DNA from: an uncultured Planctomycetales bacterium
GTDB taxonomy: Bacteria > Omnitrophota > Gorgyraeia > Gygaellales > Profunditerraquicolaceae
Direction: 5' to 3'
Assembly: GCA_964603585.1 (NCBI GenBank)
Contig: CAZRVK010000001.1
Location: 69,327-133,326, forward strand
DNA length: 64,000 nt
The translations under genes and the position numbers were made by a program. How positions within the stretch are numbered: the stretch's first letter is position 1; every line of letters starts with the position of its first letter. Under the pieces are notes generated by a model. That model saw nothing but the letters and a program-made list of their open reading frames with translations, was not told the origin of the DNA and made no database searches. Below are positions 55,860-64,000 of this stretch, one piece after another.

Positions 55860-56222
55860 TTAAAACTCCAATCCGCCTTTTCTTAAACCCTCTGCAAATG
55901 CCTTTACCCTGCCGTGGTATAAATAACCTGCACGATCAAAAGCAATCCTGGCTATACCTTTATCCTTCAACCGTTTCGAAAAAACCTCTCCTAATACAGA
56001 CGCCGCCTTGATATTCCCGCCACTCGGGCATTTTTGTTTCACCTCTTTATCCAGTGTAGAAATAGAAAATAAAGTCTTATCCTGCATATCATCGACTACC
56101 TGTGCTGAAAGGTTCAACAAACTGCGCTTTATGACCAGACGGGGCCTTTCGGAAGTGCCATGCATCTTAACCCGTATACGGCGATGCCGTTTCATTCTTA
56201 AGACTTCTTTTTTATTATCCAT
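55860..56222 (-). CDS. rplR: 50S ribosomal protein L18
   Basis: RHRRIRVKMHGTSERPRLVIKRSLLNLSAQVVDD. Confidence 0.9.
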   Translation of the reverse strand: MDNKKEVLRMKRHRRIRVKMHGTSERPRLVIKRSLLNLSAQVVDDMQDKTLFSISTLDKEVKQKCPSGGNIKAASVLGEVFSKRLKDKGIARIAFDRAGYLYHGRVKAFAEGLRKGGLEF

Positions 56223-56225
56223 AGT

Positions 56226-56771
56226 TTATTTCCCTGTAGCCTGCGCCTTGCCGACTTTCTTTTTCACGATCTCACCCAGAAACCGCACCCCTTTGCCTTT
56301 ATAAGGCTCGGGAGGGTATATCCTCCGGATCTCCGTGGCAAATTGCCCGACCTTTTCCTTATCGATACCTCTAATGATCACCTGTGTATTCTTAGGAGCT
56401 TCAACCTTTATCCCTTGCGGGATAGGTACGTTTACCGGATGGGAAAAACCCAGAGCCATATTCAATTTGTCCCCAGCGACCGCAGCCTTAAAACCGACAC
56501 CAATGATTTCCAGCTCCTTGACATACCCCTCGGTGACACCTTTGATCATTCCCAGGATCAATGACCGGTAAAGCCCATGCAGAGACTTATCGGTCTTTAT
56601 CTCTGAAAACCTGGTAAGCAGAAGACGTCCATCCTTTAACTCCGCCTTGATACGGGGGGAAATCGAACGGACCAGTTTCCCTTTCGGCCCTTCCACGCTT
56701 ATCGAACAGCCATTAATCTCGACTTTTACTTCCTTTGGTATAACTACCGGTTTTTTCCCAATCCTTGACAT
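56226..56771 (-). CDS. rplF: 50S ribosomal protein L6
   Basis: MSRIGKKPVVIPKEVKVEINGCSISVEGPKGKL. Confidence 0.92.
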   Translation of the reverse strand: MSRIGKKPVVIPKEVKVEINGCSISVEGPKGKLVRSISPRIKAELKDGRLLLTRFSEIKTDKSLHGLYRSLILGMIKGVTEGYVKELEIIGVGFKAAVAGDKLNMALGFSHPVNVPIPQGIKVEAPKNTQVIIRGIDKEKVGQFATEIRRIYPPEPYKGKGVRFLGEIVKKKVGKAQATGK

Positions 56772-56782
56772 TTTATAATCCT

Positions 56783-57178
56783 TTACCAGATATAGGCAAT
56801 AACTTCACCGCCGACACCAAGCTCTCTTGCCTGCTTGTCCGTAACTACGCCTTTAGAAGTAGAAATTACCGCAAGCCCCCTGCCTCTTAATACTGAAGGC
56901 ACTTTACCGGCCTTGGCATACACTCTAAGGCTTGATTTAGAAACACGCTTAATGTTGCGGATAGCGGATTTACCATAAACATATTTCAAATACACCCTGA
57001 ATATACCCTGTTTCTTGTCCTCGATCAATTTAAAAGCCTCGATATACTGCTCCTTCTGCATAATCTCTAAAACCGCTTTTATCACCCCAGAAGCAGGAAC
57101 ATCTACATTTTCTTTCTTTGCCATTACAGCATTGCGTATCATTGTAAATGTATCCGCGATCAGATCTGTCCTTGACAT
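56783..57178 (-). CDS. rpsH: 30S ribosomal protein S8
   Basis: DLIADTFTMIRNAVMAKKENVDVP. Confidence 0.92.
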   Translation of the reverse strand: MSRTDLIADTFTMIRNAVMAKKENVDVPASGVIKAVLEIMQKEQYIEAFKLIEDKKQGIFRVYLKYVYGKSAIRNIKRVSKSSLRVYAKAGKVPSVLRGRGLAVISTSKGVVTDKQARELGVGGEVIAYIW

Positions 57179-57224
57179 CTTTTATATTCTCCGTAATTAA
57201 AATTACTTAAAACCGCTTGCTAAT

Positions 57225-57410
57225 TTACCAGCTCGCCTTTTTAACACCCGGGATCAACCCCTGCCAGGCAAGTTCCCTGAAACAAATACGGCATAATTTA
57301 AACCGCCTTAAATATCCACCTGACCGGCCGCAGAGTGTACAGCGATTATATTTGCGTGAAGCAAACTTTGCCGGCCTTTTCCATCTTTGGACCTGTGATG
57401 TTTTAGCCAT
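57225..57410 (-). CDS. rpsZ: 30S ribosomal protein S14 type Z (zinc-binding, 61 aa)
   Basis: [29 protein letters not shown]. Confidence 0.9.
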   Translation of the reverse strand: MAKTSQVQRWKRPAKFASRKYNRCTLCGRSGGYLRRFKLCRICFRELAWQGLIPGVKKASW

Positions 57411-57411
57411 A

Positions 57412-57966
57412 TTACTCCTTCGACTCCTTAAAAGGCATCCCGAATAATTTCAACAGTTCACGTGCCTGTTCAGTAGATTTTGCATTTTTGATCACAAAAG
57501 TTATATCCATACCCTGCGAGCGGGTAATCCTGTCATAATCAATTTCCGGAAAGATATTCTGTTCAGTAAGCCCTAAAGTATAGTTGCCGGCCGCATCAAA
57601 GGAATCATAAGAAACACCGCGAAAATCACGTATACGCGGCATAGCGGCGTTGATCAGGCGGTCCATGAACTCATACATCATCGCCTTGCGTAAAGTTACT
57701 TTACAACCTACCGGCAGGCCCTGCCGGATCTTAAAATTCGCAATGGCTTTCTTTGCCCGCCGCATCACCGGCTTCTGCCCGGTGATCAAGGCAAGTTCTT
57801 CCATCGCCCGGTCTAATATCTTTATATCGGTGATCGCTTCCCCCACGCCCATATTGACAACGATCTTATCGATCCTGGGCACGGCAAACCTGTTCTTAAT
57901 GGAGAATGTCTTCATCATCTCCGGGATAATCTCTAACCTGTATTTTTCTAATAACCTTGGGACCAT
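57412..57966 (-). CDS. rplE: 50S ribosomal protein L5
   Basis: 184 aa; L5 family sequence, position between rplX and rpsZ. Confidence 0.92.
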   Translation of the reverse strand: MVPRLLEKYRLEIIPEMMKTFSIKNRFAVPRIDKIVVNMGVGEAITDIKILDRAMEELALITGQKPVMRRAKKAIANFKIRQGLPVGCKVTLRKAMMYEFMDRLINAAMPRIRDFRGVSYDSFDAAGNYTLGLTEQNIFPEIDYDRITRSQGMDITFVIKNAKSTEQARELLKLFGMPFKESKE

Positions 57967-57998
57967 TGTATATCACTCCGAATTTTTATGCTCTTTAA

Positions 57999-58313
57999 TT
58001 AAACTACTTCCTTACATACCTTACAAACCCTGGATTTTGTCTTGCCATCTTTTAGGATAATAAACCCAACCCTTACCGGCTTATCACAATGCTTGCATAC
58101 CAGCATAAGATTGGCAATACTCATCGGTCTTTCAACCGAGATGATCCCGCCCTGCTGATCAGCCTGGGTTTTGCGCTTATGCTTTTTGACCTGATTCAAT
58201 CCTTCGACTAAAGCACGCCTTGAACCGGCCATAACGCTCAAGATCTTGCCTTTTTTGCCTTTATCTTTTCCCTTTATCGCTTGAACTATGTCACCACGCC
58301 TTATTTTAAGCAT
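57999..58313 (-). CDS. rplX: 50S ribosomal protein L24
   Basis: MLKIRRGDIVQAIKGKDKGKKGKI (KOW). Confidence 0.9.
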   Translation of the reverse strand: MLKIRRGDIVQAIKGKDKGKKGKILSVMAGSRRALVEGLNQVKKHKRKTQADQQGGIISVERPMSIANLMLVCKHCDKPVRVGFIILKDGKTKSRVCKVCKEVV

Positions 58314-58369
58314 TATTACTCTTCCTTATTAGACTGGTTAACCAATCCCTATCCAAAAATCAAAAGTTG

Positions 58370-58738
58370 TTAAATAACCTCTGGAGCTAAAGATATAATC
58401 TTAGTAAAATTCTTCTCCCTTAATTCTCTTGCTACCGGGCCAAAAACACGCGTACCCTTAGGATTTAACTGCGGGTCAATAAATACTATCGCATTGCGGT
58501 CAAACCTTAAAGACGAACCATCCGCTCTTCTAATCGCCATTTTGGTACGTACAATCACTGCCTGTCCGACTTCGCCTTTTTTAACCGAAGCCCCTGGAGA
58601 TGACTCCTTAACATTAACCTTTATGATATCGCCTATTTTGGCATGTAAACAATTTTTCTTGCCCAAAACACCGATGAAACTGGCTTTTTTAGCCCCCGTA
58701 TTATCAGCCACATCAAATATCGTTCTTATCTGTATCAT
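58370..58738 (-). CDS. rplN: 50S ribosomal protein L14
   Basis: [26 protein letters not shown]. Confidence 0.92.
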   Translation of the reverse strand: MIQIRTIFDVADNTGAKKASFIGVLGKKNCLHAKIGDIIKVNVKESSPGASVKKGEVGQAVIVRTKMAIRRADGSSLRFDRNAIVFIDPQLNPKGTRVFGPVARELREKNFTKIISLAPEVI

Positions 58739-58739
58739 T

Positions 58740-59021
58740 TTATATTGCCTCTTCCTTAATCTCTACCTGATGAACCGGAGCGGCTTTTACTACTTTAACA
58801 AGGCGAAAATGCTTATCCTTGGAAAGCGGCCGGGTTTCTTCGATACTAACCAAATCCCCTGGTTTTGCAATACCTTTTTCATCATGTACCTTGAACTTAT
58901 TATACACTTTAACAACCTTGCCGTATTTAGAGTGCTTAGCTAAATGCGTGACTTTAATGATAAAAGTCTTCTGCATCTTGGCGCTCACGACTGTGCCGAT
59001 AAAAGTTTTTCTTCTACCCAT
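58740..59021 (-). CDS. rpsQ: 30S ribosomal protein S17
   Basis: ORF 58740-59042; probable start [22 protein letters not shown] by comparison to S17 N-termini. Confidence 0.88.
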   Translation of the reverse strand: MGRRKTFIGTVVSAKMQKTFIIKVTHLAKHSKYGKVVKVYNKFKVHDEKGIAKPGDLVSIEETRPLSKDKHFRLVKVVKAAPVHQVEIKEEAI

Positions 59022-59214
59022 TTGCATTCTCTTTCTTTTCATTTAATAATGTCTTGACCCTGGCAATATCTTTCTTGATCAGGGAAAACATATGCGGTTT
59101 ATCTACACGCCCGCTAAACCTCTGCGCATTAAGCTTAAATAATTCCTCATGCAAAGCCTTTGCCTTGTCTTTTAATTCATCAGCCGATAAATTACGTAAA
59201 TCCTTGATCTTCAT
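59014..59214 (-). CDS. rpmC: 50S ribosomal protein L29
   Basis: [31 protein letters not shown]. Confidence 0.9.
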   Translation of the reverse strand: MKIKDLRNLSADELKDKAKALHEELFKLNAQRFSGRVDKPHMFSLIKKDIARVKTLLNEKKENANG

Positions 59215-59627
59215 TTATGGACCCTCGTCACAAATTTTGCCCTAAGCGGTAATTTATACGCTGCCAACCTGAAACAATGCCTGGCATATTCCTCCGGGAC
59301 ACCACCTAACTCAAATAAGATCCTGCCTCTTTTTACTACCGCAACCCAGTGGTCAAGATCACCTTTACCTTTACCCATACGCACTTCAGCCGGTTTCTTG
59401 GTGATAGACTTATCGGGAAATATCCTTATCCACAACTTCCCGCCCTTATGCAACTGCCGGGCCAAAATAACACGTATTGCTTCGATCTGGGTATTCTTGA
59501 TCCATCCATTTTCCAAAACTTTGATCCCATACTCGCCAAACGCCAGCTCTGCGCCGGATGTCGCGATCCCTCTACGGGTACCTTTTTGGAGTTTACGATA
59601 TTTAACTCTTTTTGGCATCAAAACCAT
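59211..59627 (-). CDS. rplP: 50S ribosomal protein L16
   Basis: [22 protein letters not shown]. Confidence 0.92.
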   Translation of the reverse strand: MVLMPKRVKYRKLQKGTRRGIATSGAELAFGEYGIKVLENGWIKNTQIEAIRVILARQLHKGGKLWIRIFPDKSITKKPAEVRMGKGKGDLDHWVAVVKRGRILFELGGVPEEYARHCFRLAAYKLPLRAKFVTRVHK

Positions 59628-59645
59628 AATATAACCTCTAAATCC

Positions 59646-60344
59646 TTATGCAACGGGTTTATCTTCTTCCTGTTGTTCCTCTATATTGGCAATCCCTACC
59701 TTTGCCGGGATTTTATCCACCAGAATATCACCTTTATAAATCCATACCTTAACCCCGATCAAACCGTAAGTAGTAAGGCTTTCGTAAAAACCATAATCTA
59801 TATCTGCGCGCAAAGTATGCAAAGGTATCTTTCCCTGACGGTATGTTTCGGTACGCGACATTTCCGCGCCATTTAACCTGCCGGAACAACTTACCTTTAT
59901 CCCTTTGGCACCGGCATTTGTTGACTGTTCCATCGCACGTTTTACCGCACGGCGAAAAGCAACACGCTTTTCCATCTGCATCGCCACATTTTGGGCAACC
60001 AGGTTAGCATCCAGCCCGGGATTTTTGATTTCCTCAATATCAACTGAAACCTCGGATTTTACAAGCGCCGTCAGGTCAGCACGCAATTGCTCGATATCAG
60101 AACCGTGACGGCCGATAATAATACCCGGACGTGCACTGCAAATCCTGATTTTCACCCGGTCCGCCAGTCTTTCAATAACAATATTTGAAACCGCGGCATG
60201 CTTGAATTTGGCACGGATATGCTTGCGGATACCAAAATCCTGCGCGATAAACTTGGCAAAATCTTTTGTATTGGCAAACCAGCGACTGTGCCATGTCCTG
60301 ATATACCCTATTCTCATTGCAAACGGATTAACCTTATGTCCCAT
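59646..60344 (-). CDS. rpsC: 30S ribosomal protein S3
   Basis: MGHKVNPFAMRIGYIRTWHSRWFA. Confidence 0.92.
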   Translation of the reverse strand: MGHKVNPFAMRIGYIRTWHSRWFANTKDFAKFIAQDFGIRKHIRAKFKHAAVSNIVIERLADRVKIRICSARPGIIIGRHGSDIEQLRADLTALVKSEVSVDIEEIKNPGLDANLVAQNVAMQMEKRVAFRRAVKRAMEQSTNAGAKGIKVSCSGRLNGAEMSRTETYRQGKIPLHTLRADIDYGFYESLTTYGLIGVKVWIYKGDILVDKIPAKVGIANIEEQQEEDKPVA

Positions 60345-60377
60345 CGTATTCCTTCTTTTTAAACAACGGTTTTTCGT

Positions 60378-60713
60378 TTATCTATTCTTTACGTCTAACT
60401 CGATTTTAATATGCGAAGTCCGCTTCTTAATCGAAGTCGCCCTTCCAAAAGCCGCGGCCTTGAACCTCTTCCAAGTCGGGCCAACGTCACAAATTATTTT
60501 CGATACATATAACTGGTCCAGGTTAATGCCCTTGACCTTGGCGTTAGCGACCGCAGAATTAAGGATCTTGATCAGCGGTTCTTTTGGCCTCTTATTCAAG
60601 GCCGCCAGGATCGCTTGAGCCTCGGTAGCATCCTTGCCGCGGATCAAATCCATGACCTGACGCACCTTTGTGGGTGAATACCTTAAGAATTTTCCTTCAG
60701 CCTTTACTATCAT
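60378..60713 (-). CDS. rplV: 50S ribosomal protein L22
   Basis: KFLRYSPTKVRQVMDLIRGKDATEAQAIL. Confidence 0.9.
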   Translation of the reverse strand: MIVKAEGKFLRYSPTKVRQVMDLIRGKDATEAQAILAALNKRPKEPLIKILNSAVANAKVKGINLDQLYVSKIICDVGPTWKRFKAAAFGRATSIKKRTSHIKIELDVKNR

Positions 60714-60762
60714 TTTTTATCCCAACCTTAGTTCTTATATTTCAGCTATGGATTCTGCTTTA

Positions 60763-61050
60763 TTATGTTTTCTCTGCTGCCTTCTTAGCCTTAACACCGC
60801 CGTGTTTACGGAATATCCGCGAAGGGGCGAACTCGCCTAATTTATGACCAACCATATTCTCGGTAACGAATACCGGAATATGCTTATGCCCGTCATGCAC
60901 TGCAAAAGTAAACCCTACAAACTCCGGGATGATCGTCGAGCGCCGTGACCAGGTTTTGATTGCCTGGCGCAATCCACCCCGCCTTGCCCTATCTACCTTT
61001 TTAATCAGTTTTTCTTCTACAAACGGACCTTTTTTTAATGAACGCGGCAT
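60763..61050 (-). CDS. rpsS: 30S ribosomal protein S19
   Basis: [19 protein letters not shown]. Confidence 0.92.
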   Translation of the reverse strand: MPRSLKKGPFVEEKLIKKVDRARRGGLRQAIKTWSRRSTIIPEFVGFTFAVHDGHKHIPVFVTENMVGHKLGEFAPSRIFRKHGGVKAKKAAEKT

Positions 61051-61079
61051 TTACAACCTCACTTTATTTCAGCGCAATC

Positions 61080-61916
61080 TTATGGTTTTCTTCTCTTTAC
61101 AATGAATTTATTTGAATATTTCTTGGGGTTTCTCGTACGATACCCCTTAGTCGGCATACCCCATTTGCTCACCGGATGAGGATTACCCTGCCCGGATTTT
61201 CCTTCACCGCCTCCGTGAGGATGATCTACCGGGTTCATGGCCAAACCTCGTACTGTCGGGCGTATCCCTAACCAACGGGAACGGCCAGCCTTACCGATCG
61301 AGATTGCTTCATGATCCACATTTCCTACCTGCCCGATAGTCGCATGGCAATCAAGATTGATCAGCCGAACTTCTCCGGAAGGAAGCTTAATATGTCCAAA
61401 ATCCCCTTCTTTAGCCATGATCTGCGCGCTGGAACCTGCGCCGCGCACAATCTGCCCGCCGCGCCCTTTAGCCAGTTCAATATTATGTATCAGCGTGCCC
61501 GAGGGTATATATCTTAAAAGCGTGCAATTACCAGCCTTGATCTCTACATCCTTTTGATCAGAAGCAATAACTTCTTCCCCGACCTTGATCCCCTGCGGTG
61601 CCAGGATATAACGTTTTCTTTTATCCGGGTATTCTAAAAGCGCGATTCTTGCGGAACGATTAGGATCATATTCTATGGCAATGATCTTTGCTGGCATATC
61701 CATTAACTCTCGTTTAAAATCTATAAGCCTAAGCATCTTTTTATGGCCGCCGCCCTGATGCCTGGTAGTAACACGGCCGTAAGAATTCCGTCCGCCTGTC
61801 CTTTTAAGATGCACGATCAAGGACTTTTCCGGTTCGGATTTTGTGATCTCTAAAAAATCCGGGCCGCTCATCCAGCGTCTTGAAGGTGTTGTCGGTTTGA
61901 ATTTTTTTATCCCCAT
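61080..61916 (-). CDS. rplB: 50S ribosomal protein L2
   Basis: 278 aa; [19 protein letters not shown]. Confidence 0.93.
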   Translation of the reverse strand: MGIKKFKPTTPSRRWMSGPDFLEITKSEPEKSLIVHLKRTGGRNSYGRVTTRHQGGGHKKMLRLIDFKRELMDMPAKIIAIEYDPNRSARIALLEYPDKRKRYILAPQGIKVGEEVIASDQKDVEIKAGNCTLLRYIPSGTLIHNIELAKGRGGQIVRGAGSSAQIMAKEGDFGHIKLPSGEVRLINLDCHATIGQVGNVDHEAISIGKAGRSRWLGIRPTVRGLAMNPVDHPHGGGEGKSGQGNPHPVSKWGMPTKGYRTRNPKKYSNKFIVKRRKP

Positions 61917-61978
61917 TTTCTTCTCTCTTATCTATTAACTTCTTATTAGTTCTTAGATCTTAGCTCTTAATTCTGCCC

Positions 61979-62260
61979 TTATACCGATGTATCTATTTTC
62001 TGCCCGGCTTTTAAGGTCACCACGGCCTTTTTAAAATCCGGGGTTTTCCCTACCTGCGACCTGACCCTTTTGGCTTTACCAGGTGAGATCACGGTATTAA
62101 CATTATCTACTTTTACTTTATAAGCCGCTTCTACTGCCTGTTTGATCTGGATCTTATTCGCAGTCTTATCTACTAAAAAAAGATACTTCCCAACAGGCTC
62201 ACCAAAGGTAGATGATTTTTCAGTTCTAAGCAGTGTCTTGATTATAGTGGTCGCGTTCAT
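61979..62260 (-). CDS. rplW: 50S ribosomal protein L23
   Basis: IIKTLLRTEKSSTFGEPVGKYLFLVDKTANKIQIKQAVE. Confidence 0.9.
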   Translation of the reverse strand: MNATTIIKTLLRTEKSSTFGEPVGKYLFLVDKTANKIQIKQAVEAAYKVKVDNVNTVISPGKAKRVRSQVGKTPDFKKAVVTLKAGQKIDTSV

Positions 62261-62907
62261 TTCTTTAAGCGCTTGACCAATTGAGCCAAGCTATCCTTTG
62301 TAATAATTAGTTTATCAGAAGATAAAACATCATATGCATGTGCTTCATTTGCGAGGTTAAAAACCAGCCGGCTGATGTTACGCAGTGCCAATTTCTGATT
62401 TTGCCTGACAGCATCTAAAAGCAGTAATAATTTAGGCTGTTTGCCTTTTCCGGAAATCAATTTCAGATTTGAAAATGCTTTTATCGAATCTTTGGTCTTT
62501 GCCGAATCTATCGCAAATGTATCCAGAATAACCAGATTATTAGATCTTACTTTATCATTTAATGCGGATTTCAAAGCCAGATTCCTGATTTTAGGCGAGA
62601 GGTTATAAGAAAAATCCCTGGGGTGAGGTCCGAATGTAACACCGCCATGGCGCCACAAAGGAGAACGGCTCGAGCCATGCCGCGCGCGGCCGGTGCCTTT
62701 TTGTTTCCAAGGCTTTTTCCCGCCGCCAGAAACTTCACCGCGGGTTTTAGTTGAAGCCAGGCCTGTGCGCTGATTGGCGCGATAAGCATTGACTACCTGA
62801 TACAAAACAGCCTCATTAACCGTACCGTCAAAGACATGCGCATCAAGCGCCACATCGCCGACTTCCTTACCCTCTATATTGAATATTGATAATTTAATAG
62901 CGTCCAT
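62257..62907 (-). CDS. rplD: 50S ribosomal protein L4
   Basis: 216 aa; L4 family; position between rplC and rplW. Confidence 0.9.
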   Translation of the reverse strand: MDAIKLSIFNIEGKEVGDVALDAHVFDGTVNEAVLYQVVNAYRANQRTGLASTKTRGEVSGGGKKPWKQKGTGRARHGSSRSPLWRHGGVTFGPHPRDFSYNLSPKIRNLALKSALNDKVRSNNLVILDTFAIDSAKTKDSIKAFSNLKLISGKGKQPKLLLLLDAVRQNQKLALRNISRLVFNLANEAHAYDVLSSDKLIITKDSLAQLVKRLKK

Positions 62908-62908
62908 T

Positions 62909-63520
62909 TTATTTTTTCTTGATAGCCTTTTTTATGACTAAATACCCGTTGTCGTGGCCGGGAACCCCCCCGCCGATCAATAAAAGATTCTTTTCTAAAT
63001 CCACTTTCTCAACTCGTAAATTCTGCACCGTAACCTGTTCGGCTCCCATATGCCCGGGCATATGATGCCCCTTCCAGACACGCCCAGGAGTGGTAGTAGA
63101 ACCTATCGAGCCTACGCGGCGATGGGATGTATGCCCATGGGTTGACGGGCCGCCTGCCCAATGCCATCTTTTCATCCCTCCCTGGAACCCTTTTCCAAGG
63201 GAGATCCCGGTAACATCCACAAAATCTCCTACTTTAAAAAGATCGGCCTTCAATTCTTCGCCGATTTTATATTCTCTGGATGCATCTTTGGGGATCTCCT
63301 TAACGAACTTACGGGGAGTGATGTTTATTTTCTTAAATATCCCAAGTGCGGGTTTTTTCATCCGCTTTTCCACAGCCAGATCAAAACCCAGCTTAACGTT
63401 CTTTGCGTTTACCGCTAAAACCGCACAGGGCCCGGCTTCAATGGCGGTAACCCCGACTAACTTGCCATCGTCGCGAAAAACCTGTGTCATCCCGATCTTC
63501 TTGCCTAATATACCTGTCAT
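62909..63520 (-). CDS. rplC: 50S ribosomal protein L3
   Basis: GILGKKIGMTQVF…GKGFQGGMKRW. Confidence 0.92.
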   Translation of the reverse strand: MTGILGKKIGMTQVFRDDGKLVGVTAIEAGPCAVLAVNAKNVKLGFDLAVEKRMKKPALGIFKKINITPRKFVKEIPKDASREYKIGEELKADLFKVGDFVDVTGISLGKGFQGGMKRWHWAGGPSTHGHTSHRRVGSIGSTTTPGRVWKGHHMPGHMGAEQVTVQNLRVEKVDLEKNLLLIGGGVPGHDNGYLVIKKAIKKK

Positions 63521-63605
63521 TTTTCTTTGTCTCGTTATCTGGCATCCAGGTATTTATCCCTCATGCAGGCTTTACCTGCCAGGCACCTGAATACCGCAAA
63601 TACCG

Positions 63606-63905
63606 TTATTTGATTTCGACATCCACCCCAGCCGGCAAATTAAGCTTTCTAAGCGAATCGATGGTCTTCGATGTCGGCTCATAAATATCGATCAGCCTTT
63701 TGTGGGTAGATAGATCAAACTGTTCCCGTGACTTCTTGTCAATAACTGGAGAGCGTAACACTGTATAGATCTCGCGTTTTGTCGGAAGAGGTACCGGCCC
63801 GGAAATCACAGCGCCTGTCCGTCTTACGGTATCCACGATCTCGCCTACCGCCTGATCTAACAGCCGGTGGTCGTATGCTCTTAGTTTTATTCTTATCTTT
63901 TGCAT
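63606..63905 (-). CDS. rpsJ: 30S ribosomal protein S10
   Basis: [32 protein letters not shown]. Confidence 0.93.
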   Translation of the reverse strand: MQKIRIKLRAYDHRLLDQAVGEIVDTVRRTGAVISGPVPLPTKREIYTVLRSPVIDKKSREQFDLSTHKRLIDIYEPTSKTIDSLRKLNLPAGVDVEIK

Positions 63906-63926
63906 GTTTCTCTTTTCGTTTACGAT

Positions 63927-64000
63927 TTAAGCAATGATCTCGGTTACAACCCCTGCGCCGACGGTATGTCCCCCTTCACGGATAGCAAAACGGGATTCTT
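63927..64000 (-). CDS. tuf: elongation factor Tu (C-terminal end; gene continues beyond window)
   Basis: minus-strand frame ends …RFAIREGGHTVGAGVVTEIIA* (stop 63927-63929), canonical EF-Tu C-terminus upstream of rpsJ. Confidence 0.8.
   Translation of the reverse strand, partial: ESRFAIREGGHTVGAGVVTEIIA

Overview
The window is 64 kb of a bacterial chromosome with about 45% GC and dense, mostly minus-strand coding. It is probably an uncultivated lineage; there is no rpmD, and L15, L17 and S13 carry Lys/Ala-rich extensions. The right third (48.5-64 kb) is the conserved S10-spc-alpha ribosomal superoperon: tuf (partial), rpsJ through rplO, secY, adk, map, infA, rpmJ, rpsM, rpsK, rpsD, rpoA, rplQ. 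The middle carries core metabolism: aspC; leuC-pilT-leuD and an IMDH-like gene; mdh-lpdA plus a stand-alone lipoyl domain; thiC-thiE; gmhA/rfaE2; pfk; accBC-efp-pepP-aroQ; rpsU; smc. The most unusual locus is at 31.5-40.4 kb: a tightly overlapped operon of HTH_17 regulator, acyl-ACP-reductase-like enzyme, three FabF-family ketosynthases (one lacks both catalytic His), a dedicated ACP, a CrtI-family FAD oxidoreductase and a 7TM-GAF histidine kinase. It is driven by a consensus sigma70 promoter. A paralogous HTH_17 gene with its own consensus promoter, possibly leaderless, is translationally coupled (TAATG) to smc. Between these two loci, two tandem PilZ-domain genes have a leader made of a 45-nt hairpin module repeated three to four times; one copy shows a compensatory stem substitution. 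Other notable items are a triplet of paralogous secreted proteins sharing a post-signal T-Y-Y/F-P-S/A-P motif next to an ExeA/GspB-like pair; an overlapped nucleotide-hydrolase operon (ATPase, metallophosphoesterase, HIT, dGTPase, HD-GYP); a tRNA-Gly(CCC) with upstream tRNA-like fragments; and a repeated GC-rich palindromic element. No CRISPR array, integrase or transposase was recognised.
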